From Octopus sinensis (taxonomy: Eukaryota): 49,145 bases of DNA. Location of the stretch: contig NW_021834551.1 in assembly GCF_006345805.1 (NCBI RefSeq), positions 1 through 49,145 on the forward strand, written 5' to 3'. The translations under genes and the position numbers were made by a program. Position 1 is the stretch's first letter. Every line of letters starts with the position of its first letter. The notes below the pieces were generated by a model. That model was not told where the DNA came from and ran no database searches. It was given only the letters and a program-made list of their open reading frames with translations. Shown here piece after piece: positions 10,531-21,955 of this stretch.

Positions 10531-12394
10531 AACTTAACTTAGAATAACTTAGAAAGTTTTTGGCCAGTATTGGCCCAGGCCATGTCTAACTTAATAGCAC
10601 CACCTGGCGAAGTCTTTCAGTTCAGGATTTGGGCACCAAGGCCCATTCGAGCAGAGAGTTATTGTTTGCGGAGACATATCCGGGTGTGGGTGGTTTGTCC
10701 GGTACTGTTTGAAGGAATTTGTCCAAAGACTTCTTGAATTTTGTGTGGTCAGTTTCTTTTTTGACGTGTCCTGGTGTAATGTTGAAGAGAGCGGGTCCAA
10801 TTGAGGTGAAATAGTTGTGCCGTATTGTCGTTATGTGATGCGATTTAGATTTTTGTTGTGGACGGATGGCACGTGGTCCAAGCCTTGGATGCATTTTGAA
10901 GGTGATGCCAACATCATTCGGACAGTGCTGATGGAATATTTTCCACATCATACAGATAATGTAGCGTTCACGGCGTCGTTGGAGTGAATACAATTTCAGC
11001 TTCTCTAGTCTACCCCAGTAGTCAAGGTCTAACATGCCATCTATCTTTTTTGTGATTGACCTTTGGGGAGCTTCAATTCTCATAATATTTTGTTTTGTGT
11101 AGGGAGACCACAGTGGACAGCAGTATTCAAGGTGGGGTCGGGCAAAAGTGGAGAAGAGAAGGATAATAGCGTGGGAATCTCTCGACTGGAAGGTTCTGAG
11201 AATCCAGGAACACATTCTGCGGGCCATGTCAACTTTGCTGCTTATATGTGTAGCCCAGCTTATGTTGTTGTCCACTGTTACTCCCAGGTCTCTGATGTTG
11301 TTGGATGCCATGAGAATTTCTCCAGAAGGAAGAGAGTATGGGAGTTTCAGAGCGTCCTCCCTTCCAAAGTGGATCAGTTCGAATTTGTCTTCATTTAGCA
11401 ACATGTTATTCTTTTCCGCCCATTGGACAACAGCCAGTAGGTCTGACTGAAGGTTTATTCGGTCATCCACGCCATTGATGACCTTCTGGAGCTTGGAATC
11501 ATCAGCGAAGGTTCTGATGTTGCTGTGTTTGATGGTGTCAGTAATATCATTTATGTAGATGATGAAGAGAAGTGGGCCCAACACAGTGCCTTGTGGGACA
11601 CCACTGCTGACTTTGGCTGGGCTGGATTTGACTCCTTCGACTACAACATGTTGGGTTCTGTTAGAGAGGAAGCACTTGATCCATTGCAGCAGCTTTCCAG
11701 TGACACCAATATTGGACAGCTTTCTCAGAAGGATCTTATGATCAACCCTGTCAAAGGCCTTGCTGAAATCAAGGTAGATGACATCAGTGTTGGAACCCTC
11801 TCCCAAGGCTCTCAAAATGTCATCAAAATGATGATGCAGTAGCTGCGTCAGGCAATCTCTCCCATTACGGAATCCATGCTGGTTGGGGTTCAGCATATTA
11901 TGACTCTCAAGGAAGTGAGTCATACGCGATCTCAGCACCCTCTCAAATACCTTGATGATATGAGAGGTGAGTGAGATTGGACGGTAATTCACGGCAAGCG
12001 ATTTGTTTCCTTTTTTGAAAACTGGGACAACAGACTGGGATAGAAGGTCTTCTGGTATATATCCAGCATCCAATGAGTTCCGCGACAGATTGGCTAGAGG
12101 GGGTGCAAGTTGGTTTTGACACATCTTCAAGACACAAGCAGGGAACCTATCGGGACCTACTGCTGAATTATGCTTCATTTCCTTTATTGCTGCTAAGACA
12201 TCAGGAGCGCCAAATGTTATGTCCGATAAGGTGTATTGGGGAGTAACATCACTGATACAGCCCAGATCAGTCATATCAGGATTGCTGAAAACAGAGCAAT
12301 ATTGTTTCTGCAATATTTCTCCCATGGTTTTGGCATTGTCTTGAAGAGTACCATTTTCATCAATCAGAGGGCCAACAGTAGAACCAGTGACTCT
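10531..12394 (-). mobile_element. 5'-truncated CR1-type LINE with complete 3' end
   Basis: RT ORF, then a ~90-bp 3' UTR ending (ttctaagtta)2-like and running into (TA)n. The 5' junction is at a short (TA)6 at 12394-12405. Confidence 0.9.
10622..12394 (-). CDS. LINE ORF2 reverse transcriptase domain, uninterrupted frame, no endonuclease (5'-truncated)
   Basis: [61 protein letters not shown] and RRERY motifs typical of CR1/L2-group RT. Confidence 0.9.
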   Translation of the reverse strand, partial: RVTGSTVGPLIDENGTLQDNAKTMGEILQKQYCSVFSNPDMTDLGCISDVTPQYTLSDITFGAPDVLAAIKEMKHNSAVGPDRFPACVLKMCQNQLAPPLANLSRNSLDAGYIPEDLLSQSVVPVFKKGNKSLAVNYRPISLTSHIIKVFERVLRSRMTHFLESHNMLNPNQHGFRNGRDCLTQLLHHHFDDILRALGEGSNTDVIYLDFSKAFDRVDHKILLRKLSNIGVTGKLLQWIKCFLSNRTQHVVVEGVKSSPAKVSSGVPQGTVLGPLLFIIYINDITDTIKHSNIRTFADDSKLQKVINGVDDRINLQSDLLAVVQWAEKNNMLLNEDKFELIHFGREDALKLPYSLPSGEILMASNNIRDLGVTVDNNISWATHISSKVDMARRMCSWILRTFQSRDSHAIILLFSTFARPHLEYCCPLWSPYTKQNIMRIEAPQRSITKKIDGMLDLDYWGRLEKLKLYSLQRRRERYIICMMWKIFHQHCPNDVGITFKMHPRLGPRAIRPQQKSKSHHITTIRHNYFTSIGPALFNITPGHVKKETDHTKFKKSLDKFLQTVPDKPPTPGYVSANNNSLLEWALVPKS

Positions 12395-12406
12395 ATATAT
12401 ATATAG

Positions 12407-12570
12407 TGGAGGCACAATAGCCCAGTTGTTAGGGCAGCATACTTGCAGTCACATCTGTGGAGTGCTCAGCCACTTGCACGTTAATTTCATAAGCCAGCGG
12501 TTCCATTAATCAGATCAAATGGAACCCTCGTTGTCGTAACTGACAGAGTACCACCACCATATATATATAC
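12407..12570 (+). mobile_element. Internally deleted tRNA-derived SINE
   Basis: A-box-like head ggaggcacaatagcccagttgttagggcagc joined to ctgtggagtgctcagccacttgcacgttaatttc...ggaaccctcgttgtcgtaac; family recognised by eye. Confidence 0.5.
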
Positions 12571-12724
12571 AGTTTGATGAAAAGTTACCCAACAGCAATT
12601 CAAATTTCCATAAATACTCTCTGCTGTAATTCTGTATTGACTCAAATGGAAAAATGTGTCACTCAAGAAGGACTTCAGTTTCAACAATTTCCATGATGTT
12701 TTACATTTAGTTGCTTTTATTAAA

Positions 12725-13062
12725 CCCCGTGCCGGTGACACGTAAAAGCACCGTCCGTTCGTGGCCGTTCGCCAGCTCTGTCTGGCACCTGTGCAGGTGG
12801 CACGTAAAAAACACCCACTACACTCGCGGAGTGGTTGGCGTTAGGAAGGGCATCCAGCCGTAGAAACACTGCCAGATCTGTCTGGCACCTGTGCAGGTGG
12901 CACGTAAAAAACACCCACTACACTCGCGGAGTGGTTGGCGTTAGGAAGGGCATCCAGCCGTAGAAACACTGCCAGATCTGACTGGGCCTGACGAAGCCTT
13001 CCAGCTTCACAGACCCCAGTTGACCCGTCCAACCCATGCTAGCATGATGATGATGATAATGA
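12725..13062 (+). mobile_element. RTE-associated SINE-like element with a 100-bp internal duplication
   Basis: 12771-12870 is repeated at 12871-12970; same core and (TGA)n tail as 2911-3453. Confidence 0.8.
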
Positions 13063-13142
13063 TTCAGTTGTTAAACATAAGTAAATCTTGGAATTAAATG
13101 GTTTTGATTTGCTGTCCGGTGATTTTGGCCAGCCCTTAACGC

Positions 13143-13570
13143 ATTGGGCTGAGGAATAATTCATAGGCCTTTTCTTCACATTTAACAATGTGCACGGAAA
13201 TAAAATACATTGGCAAAACGTTTTATGTTATTTGAGAGAAATTTCTGCTCAATAAGATAATGTATTTTGATTTTTGTGCATTTTCAGATCATTAAAATGC
13301 ACTTTCAAGAGGAAAAAACTTAGCATATTCGACACCATTTGCTTTTTCATTTAATCAATTTGTTAATCCTGCCAAAGCTGCTTTTGAGATTTGTCCTGTG
13401 TATTGAGAAGGAGCAATTTCTCAAACTACTACCCACCATTGGTTTTTGAGCTTCAAAAATGGGAATTTTGACCTCAAGGATGAATTACACAGCAGTCAAC
13501 CAATTCAGTTCAATGAAAAGTGATTGAATCATCTTCTTCACAAAAATTCACATAAATATGAACTTAATGT
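13143..13570 (+). mobile_element. Mariner-like transposon 5' remnant
   Basis: TIR-like cattgggctgaggaataattcatagg, and the translation SFKNGNFDLKDELHSSQP resembles the mariner motif FxxGnFdLeDxpRsGRP. Confidence 0.6.
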
Positions 13571-13601
13571 GCTTTGAAACACATCTTATATATATATATG
13601 T

Positions 13602-13640
<39 letters not shown>

Positions 13641-13729
13641 CTTTATTTAAAGCAGCAGAAAATTCAACAAAATCTGTTACTCATTGGAGGCATCTACATC
13701 ATTTTGACAGCCTCCAGAGAAGCATACGT

Positions 13730-13784
<55 letters not shown>

Positions 13785-15161
13785 TATATATATACACACA
13801 CATACGTTCGTGCTGTCTACTTGACCTCCACTCTCATATCTTCTTCCATTCTGTATTTATAGTGATGATACTTCAGAATCAGGGATGCTGGTGTGTAAGG
13901 TTGTAAGAGTTTGGGAGAAAAGGAGGTGAATACAAACCATGGAATAAAACAGGTCAAATGAACATAGGAGTTGTAATAAATCATGAACAGGGAAAGGATT
14001 TACGTATAGAAGGGGACACAGTAAGAATAAGGGATAGATGCTGACTGGAAATAGTACAAAGGAAAGGAAGTGGCAACTCACAGTACAGAGATGGCAATAT
14101 GTATGGTATAAATGTATGGTGTATTCTGTTTTTGTCTCTTACAGCAGCAGAATAGCACTTTCGACAGGAGAATGATGGAGGGCTCATTATAGGGTCATGA
14201 GTTGTGGGGCTGGCAGTTGTGATTGGTGGGGAAATTAAGAAAGGGATACCGATTTGAAGGGTGGAGGATCATTTGTGGTAGGAACATGGAATGGATGTCT
14301 GTTGGAAGTGGCAGCAGATGTAAGATGTGGCGAGTAGTGGAAAAAGGGAAAATCAATAACAACAGTGGAGGTTAGCTCATTGATGGTAAGGATAGAGGAC
14401 AAATGTCAATAGGAGGTGAACCATACTTTGGAGATGTTTTTAATGGCATGAAGAGGAAATGTGAAGAAGAGAAAGATGCAGTTTAGAAGAGCTGATTTAG
14501 TTCGGTTTCTTGGGGTAGCATGTGTGAAAACATTGTTGCATATAAAATATACACTATCTATATAATAATTTGCTTCTTTCTTCACCTGTTATACTATAGT
14601 TTGTTAGAGAGGTGGAAGTGGAATGAGTGAGAGGTTGAGTAAAAGTGAGAGAAAGAGGGAGAAATGTGGGTAGAGAAGCAAGAAGAAGAGAGGAGTATAA
14701 TAATACACTAAGGTCAAATGCATCACGTAGTTAGTTGAGGGGGGAGGCAAAGAGCAAGACACAACTACAATGAGAGGAAAGTGGGAGAGAGAGAAGTGTT
14801 AATGACATGCTGTAGGGTGGAAAGAGAAAGAGGGAAATGTTAAAGACATGAAGAGGGGAATTACATGGTTAAAATGTTTGTTAAAGAGGTAGAGAGAAAG
14901 AGAGAAATATAAGGTGCTTAGCAGAAGGAAATTTCAAAATCATATACTATTTTGCAACTGGAAGTGAAATCACTTAGCAAAATACAAATAACAATCATCC
15001 TTTCTTTCTTAAATAGCTTTGCTTAATCTCTTTCGTTCTGTGGAATTTCCACAGATCTCACTAGTATTTTATTTTTTTAGTTACTTTTTGTACAATATCA
15101 AAATATTAAAACTATCCTCTCCAAACAATAAATGTGCACATCTTTCTATAATTTTTTGAAG

Positions 15162-15221
15162 CTAATGAAGAGCAATATGCTGAAGCTAGTGGGCCCAGTT
15201 ATTTAGAATTGAAACCAGCAG
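15162..15221 (+). CDS. 60-nt phase-1 exon (NEEQYAEASGPSYLELKPA) of an unidentified host gene
   Basis: Pyrimidine tract plus AG at 15160-15161, GTAAGT donor at 15222, length a multiple of 3, open frame; paralogous to 23741-23800. Confidence 0.6.
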
Positions 15222-15441
15222 GTAAGTATAAACAATATTGTTAGTACACAGCATGATCTTAGAAATTATCTTAAACATTAACAGAAAGCTAACAGTCATG
15301 AAATGTATCATTCTCTAACTTTTATCTTTTAATATGTGTGTATGAGTGTGTTTGAGTCTGTCTCATTAGCATTTATGATTGTAATATCAACACAATACTA
15401 ACATAACGCTATTTATTGTTTTTATTTCTAATTTTTTAAAG

Positions 15442-15483
15442 ACATGAAGATTTCTTACGTTAATGTTTCAAGGAAACCCGATG
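15442..15483 (+). CDS. 42-nt phase-1 exon (DMKISYVNVSRKPD)
   Basis: T-rich tract plus AG at 15440-15441 and GTAAGT at 15484; paralogous to 24029-24070 with the Y-x-N motif retained. Confidence 0.65.
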
Positions 15484-15589
15484 GTAAGTATATAAGCAAT
15501 CGAATAATAAAATTTCATTCATTAGAGCAAGAGTTAGCACAATTTTGGTTCACTCTTTCTTTGAGTAGTATAGGCAGCTTAATGCATGT

Positions 15590-15943
15590 CTTTCATTTGT
15601 TCCAGTCATTGGACTGCAGCCATGCTAAGGCACCACTTTCAAGGGTTCAGTTCAACAAATCCACCCGAGTACTTATTATTTTTAAGCCTTTTACTTATTC
15701 TATTGGTTTCTTTTGCTAAACTGCTAAGTTATGTGGATGTGAACAAACCAACACAAGTGTCAAGTGGTGATGGGGATCAAACGCAAAGGCACACACACTC
15801 CCTTATATATATACCAAATCCATTCACAAGATTTTGGTCCGCCCAGGATTATAGCAGAATACACTCGCCCAACGTGCCTCATCATATGACGAAACCCAGA
15901 CCCATTTGTTTGGAAATTAAACTTCTTACCTCACAGCCACACC
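15590..15943 (-). mobile_element. Decayed tRNA-derived SINE (family of 29833-30280)
   Basis: cagtcattggactgcagccatgct...cttacctcacagccacacct aligns with 29833-30280. Confidence 0.7.
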
Positions 15944-16706
15944 TAAAAACCTTTCAAAATATTAAAATTCCATTGCATATACGATAAACTTCTTACAGAT
16001 ATTCCTATTTAACTCTGATATTTTACCTTTTTATCAATCCTTACCCTTAATAATGCAGTTCATAAAAATTTACTTTGTTGGCTTTATTTGTACAAAAAAA
16101 TCCAAATAATTAAGTAATAATGAATTCAGTAGATATTTGCCAAGGCATGAGACACAATGAATGGGAATAAATTTGCAATAGTAAATGTGATTAACTGTTC
16201 TCCTCCAGTATCCAAAATCACTCCTGTTTATTTATAACTCTAGCAAGAAATTTATCTTAGAAAAACCCTTGTTGCTCTAAACATATTTGTGAATAGCTTC
16301 CCTTAATGTTAATATCACAATTAAATATTGAAGTGATAGAAATAGTACACACTGTACTAAATATTGACAATTAAATTTAGTGTTAGTACATTTTGAGATT
16401 ATATCCCAGAGAAGTACACTTTGTACAATCAGCCTCTCAATAAGTTCTACTTTTACATAATCATTAGCATTTTGCTCATAGAATAAAATTTTGGGTGCCA
16501 CTTTACTGAGGAAGCCTCTTTCAGAAGTCTAATTTTGAAATGGCATATTAACCAAAATTACTCTTTGTTTACTCTTGTTCATACCAAATAGATTTATTAG
16601 ACAATACTTTTCTTTTATACAATATGTAAATGAGAGGATGAAGAACATATTCAGTACATGGACTTCGCCTGGATTTAAGTATTTTTTGTTTTAAAATACA
16701 TGTGTT

Positions 16707-16751
<45 letters not shown>

Positions 16752-16752
16752 G

Positions 16753-17102
16753 AATGGAGTTAAACGCAGGTGTTATTCAAATTCTTTTACTTCCGACATG
16801 TTTCAAAGATATCACTGGTATTATTCCAAAGGAATTACCCCTCCTCTTTCTATAGGCTACCTTTGACGCTGTATCCTCTAACGTTTTTTTAAAAACAAAC
16901 TTAATAGCGTTCAGTCAATCACTATACATATCCATCATTTTCTGTTAAAACATCTTAATGACGAGTTTCATTTCTTCATTTCCCTGAAGAGAAGATTACG
17001 TTGTTTTACACCATTTTATTCCTTTGGAATAATACCAGTGATATCTTCGAAACATGTGTTGGAAGTAAAAGAATTTGCATAACACCTGCGTTTAACTCCA
17101 TT
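16753..17102 (+). mobile_element. PLE terminal fragment with an inverted partial terminal repeat
   Basis: 16753-16835 is the reverse complement of 17018-17102 with few mismatches; contains a hammerhead motif. Confidence 0.7.
16980..17064 (+). ncRNA. Type-I hammerhead ribozyme motif, cleavage triplet mutated in this copy
   Basis: TTCC-CTGAAGA-GAAG[loop]CTTC-GAAA-CATGT-GTT-GGAA. The inverted copy keeps GAAACATGTC-GGAAG (GUC). Confidence 0.7.
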
Positions 17103-17399
17103 TATTTATTTATATATATTATACAAAATATTTCACATAAACCTGGTGTTTCTACCTTTAAAAATAAGGAGTTACAACCTTTTTACTTGTATGATTTCTT
17201 GCTACCCCGGTAAATATTTGTCTATTTTTTTCTGTGTTAATTGTTTCGAAATTGAACCAATCCTATGACTGGCACCTGGCAGTTGCCAGTGCTGCTGGAC
17301 TGACTCGTGTGCAGGTGGCAAGTAAAGAAACACCGTTCCAACCTTGTGTTTCAGGAGACCTATTGAGTGAAGTACATCAACATCAAAAATCAACGGAAA

Positions 17400-17847
17400 T
17401 TGCAGTTGTGATCCCTCTGCCAGTGGCACGTAAAAAGCACCATCCGAACGTGGCTGAATCCAGCGCTGCCTTGACTGGCTTCCATGCCAGTGGAACGTGA
17501 AAAGCACCAACTGATCGTGGCCATTGCCAGCCTTGCCTGGCACCTGTGCCAGTGGCACGTAAAAAGCACCATCCGAACGTGGCTGAATCCAGCGCTGCCT
17601 TGACTGGCTTCCATGCCAGTGGAACGTGAAAAGCACCAACTGATCGTGGCCATTGCCAGCCTTGCCTGGCACCTGGGCAGGTGGCACGTAAAAAGCACCC
17701 ACTACACTCACGGAGTGGTTGGTGTTAGGAAGGGCATCCAGCTGTAGAAACACTGCCAGATCAGACTGGAGCCTGGTGCAGCCTCCTGGCTTCCCAGACC
17801 CTGGTCGAACCATCCAACACATGCTAGCATCGTTAAATGATGATGAT
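17400..17847 (+). mobile_element. RTE-associated SINE-like element with a 129-bp dimeric unit repeated twice
   Basis: cagtggcacg at 17421 and 17550, caggtggcacg at 17678; shared core and (TGA)n tail. Confidence 0.8.
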
Positions 17848-19269
17848 GTATGTATGTATGCGTTTGTTTCCCATTAGTTGTTACAGTTGTACTTTATGAA
17901 GCCATTGATTTCTACACACAGGAATCAATATGGGTTGCTTATTTCAGTATTATATATACCTGTTATGTATTGTGTACGTCACCAATATATATATGTACAT
18001 TTATGCATCCATGTGTGTGTGTTTGCAAAGGGGGTGTCTGTCTCCAAAACTCTAAGTTTGAGTAATGTTTGCATGATTTGATTTGGAAACTACAATAAGA
18101 ATAATCAATCCAATAGACTTTCTAAATTCAGCAGAGTTTATTTCTATTCACTTATCTTTATAGACCCAAGTTCCTTCAGCATTTGTCCATATTTGGATTT
18201 CCAGATTTGGCTTCATGAATAATATAAATGATGAAAGAGCTGAATCATAAAATCTACTTGCAAAATGGGAAGGTCCAAGCTGTTCATGTAAACATTGTAG
18301 GATGGAGTTCTTCTTGTGCCCTTTCAATAGTGTTCTTCCTGAGTCCTTTCAGTTTCAGACTTATCCTTCAAATAATGTTCTACATGCATCATCGAAGGAT
18401 TTGAAGAATCATTTTGTTCTCATCATATCCAATTCTGAACAGGCAATATTGGCAGGATCACTTTCATTATCATCTTCAGGAAAAGAAGATTCATCACAAA
18501 TAATTTTTTCCCATTCTTTATGGAAACTGGATAACAATTGTGAAATCTCTTCAAGGCTTAGCTTTTGATTCTTTGATATTTCGTGGAAGGATTACAAAGG
18601 ACAAATGAATAGTTGGCATGCTGTCAATGTTTTATACTTGTTGAATTATGATGCAATGTTTCATCATTCCTTCAAAGATGATGCAATACTAATTGTTTGT
18701 TTCATAAAAATGATGCACTAAATAGTAGTATTGCATCATCTTCAGATGTCTTAGTAAATGCAATTAGAGATCTTTGTCACCAGTATGGGATGAGGTTGTG
18801 CAAACTGATCTCAAAATGCTGAGCCTTACAGAAGAGATGACAATGGATTGGGAGGGTTGGTGCCCTGCCATGCTCAAGAAGACCTGCCCATAGCAAGCAG
18901 AACACCTACCCAAAACCTGGTCACAGTATCTCAACGTGCTGTGTGCACTGAGGATCCGTAGTCCTGTATCATATTCTGTCGAGTTTTTGCTAGAAGACTA
19001 TGAAAATCAATGTTTTTTTTCTATTTGCTCAAAAAAGTTCACTCATGACAAACTTTGAAATTTTTATATTTGGTTGCTTTTGGGTGGGTTTCCAAAAACT
19101 AGGACCCTGATAGAATAATAAACAATAAAGGAAAAAAAGATCCATAACTGTTAAAAGAATTATATTCTACATTCCAGACCAATAAAAAGAAGGTAAGTCA
19201 TATAAAGTCAAATTAGTCAATAGTCAAGTTGCGGCAAGTCTAATAGAGAGAATGAAACTCAATGGCAGG

Positions 19270-20820
19270 TTAGCTTTGTTCTTGCATGTGGTGTGTAGTT
19301 CTTGCATGACCTTAATTGCTCACTCATAGCATTAATTGCTTCTGCTAATCTTTAGTTTTGAGGGCTCTTGTTTCCAGTGATTTGTCAAGCATTTCAAAGA
19401 AGTCTTGTAGAGTAGTAAGGTTTGTGATAGCTCTGCATAATCTTCAGCTCTATACACTTGGTCACTGAACCAGTGGTCTGCCCAGTCATATGAGATGAAC
19501 TGGCAGACCATCTGCAATCTCTCACATGTGACGTAAGTAAAAATATAAAAGGGCTAGGATTGTTTGCAAATTCCATCTGGCATTACTGATGTTTGGAATT
19601 TTCTGAAACTTGATGAAAGGGATGTCTCTCTTTCCATGGAAGAACTTGAAGGCATGGGTTAAGTGAAGCAGAAACTTCATATCATCTCTCCAACCTGCTT
19701 GATCTACTATGACGATTTCCATTCTGGAAGGAGCCTTGGAGTTCTTCATAACTTGTCATGAGTTCTTTGACAAGAAAATATCCGATGTTGAGTGAATTGC
19801 TTGCACTAGCTAGCTCTTCATCCATAAAAATATGCAGGATTCTGTCCAAGACACGGTGTTGGTTGCTCATGAATTGTGGCTCATCATAGCATTTGCTCAA
19901 GAAATTCTCTGCAGTCTAACCAATACCAAACTCTTTCATCCGGTATTCACACTCGTCGTATCAGCAATAATCATTAAGATTTCACCCTAAAAGTGAAATT
20001 CATCCAAGATGCTTTTCAATCCCTCTGCAATGGTCTCGACCTTGTCACCACACAGCTTCAGAGCAGCCAGCTTAATTTCACTTGTTTTGTCTTGATGATT
20101 ACCACTTGATATTCATTTCCGTCAATATGTTTACCATCAAAATGCAGGTCCCATTTCTGATTGCTTAGTGTATTGATCAAGTGTTTCGTCATTACACCAG
20201 CTTTCTCAAACAGTGCATTGTAAAATGCCTTGCTGACTAGAAGCTGGGATATCAATGTCCTCCTCTGACAATTCTTTGCAGATTTTCGCAGCGTTGTAGG
20301 TAGAGACATTTGTTTCAGTTACAAATCTCATACCAATTGCAGATTTATTGTTCCTTCTTGTGGAAGAATAAGTGACATCACTATCTATATCGTTTTGATC
20401 AACTCTGTCATCTTCACCATAATTGTACTCTTCAATCTCTTCTTCTTCAGAGTCACTTCAGGGTTGATGAGTTTGATAAAGAATGGGAGGCTTCAGCATC
20501 CGAGGATCTCCTCTTGGAATTATGGATAGTGTGCTTGCTTGCAGCTTTACTTGTTGAATAACCCATTTTGCCCTGGCTTTGGAGTTGCATAGAGTAAAGC
20601 ATTTATCATCAGCATTGAGCCATTCATTGCAGACTTTGTTGATATTGAACAGTTCCTCTAATGGCTCAAATTGTCTTTTTTAGGTGCATTTGTCATACAA
20701 ATGAAGCACATTTTTGAGCCGGGAAATGATTGGAAAATTCAGCTTATCTCTTCACAGTAGTGTCACCTCTTTCAATAATTCTGTCACTCTCTTCTTTCTG
20801 CCTTTAATTGATTTCCAAAA
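19270..20820 (-). pseudogene. Decayed hAT-superfamily-like transposase
   Basis: In order on the minus strand: LHFDGK, DTTSVNTG, PQFMSNQHRVLDRIL (decayed CxxH), GWRDDMKFL, ISNARWN and SRSN*CYE*AIKVMQEL (decayed xNxxAER). TIRs were not identified. Confidence 0.65.
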
Positions 20821-20989
20821 AAACTGGTACCGACCAGCAACCTTCTCCTTGGGTGGCATTTGAATTCTGCTGTTCAGTGAGGCTTCACCTACAGACACAT
20901 GACCTCTAGATGAATGGGACTGGAACAGCACCAGATGCAGTGTTTATGTAGGCAAATAAATACAAAAGCACCTGGAAGCATCCCTGATC

Positions 20990-21955
20990 TGGTCACTGAT
21001 ATATGTGGACTATGTTATAACTAAGAACAATGATTGCAGTGATTTCGGGTTCACCAGAACTCACATAACATCCAAGTGTTACTTGGATCACAGATGATTC
21101 ACAGCAAGGTATTTGTTAATCCATATGGAAAGAGGCCACCAAAATCCAGTTTACATCCGAGAATAAACATTGCTTCTTTAAAAAATCTAGAAATGATAAA
21201 AAATTTTGAAATACATTTAAATTCAAAGCTTGCAGAAATAGAGGAATGCCTAAAAATGTGGTGGCACAATATACGTGACAGCATCAAATCATCTGCTAAA
21301 GTAGTTCTAGGATTTGTGAAGCACAAACACCAACAAGAATGATTCTCAAATTAAACCTCTCCTAGAAACTTTGCACAAGAGACAAAAGACATGGATCTCA
21401 GACAAAAATTTGCCAACATCCAGATTCCTATACATCTCTAGAGAAAATCTATGCAGAAAACTGCATGAGATGAAAAGTTTGGTGGACGAAACAAGCCCAA
21501 GAATTGGAACAGGCTGCTAACTCTCACAACTTGAGAACACTGTATAACATTCTGAAAAATGTGTTTGGTCCAAAAAAAGGTAGTACAGAATCTATTCTCT
21601 CTAACGATGTAACACAACTCATAAGTAGGAAAGATGAAATTCTAAAAAGATTACCTGAACACTTTAAATCTGTATCAAATCAAGAATCCACTCGCAATGC
21701 TGAAGAACTAGTGGAACATCCTTCCTTGCAAGAGACAAGTACTGTTATTGAAAAACTTTCCAATGGTAAAGATCTTGGACAAGACGATATTCCCATAGAG
21801 GTGTGCAAGCATGGTAGCAGACAAATTGTAAATAAACTGTGCAAATTGATCTGTTTGATCTGGGAAACTGGATCTGTTCCCCAGCAGTTCAAAGATGCAT
21901 GTATAATGCACCTGTACAAAAACAAAAGGAAGAGGAGTCAATGTGATAATCCCCT
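20990..21955 (+). mobile_element. Decayed RTE-clade LINE fragment (EN C-terminus, linker, RT start)
   Basis: VDYVI...LDHR, EQAANSHNLRTLY, KLSNGKDLGQDDIPIEV and IWETGSVPQQFKDACIMHLYKNKRKRSQCDN resemble RTE/BovB ORF2. Confidence 0.85.

Noticed and set aside
16635-16672. Possible third Tyr-motif exon (DEEHIQYMDF)
   Set aside because: There is no GT donor and no flank homology to the two modules.
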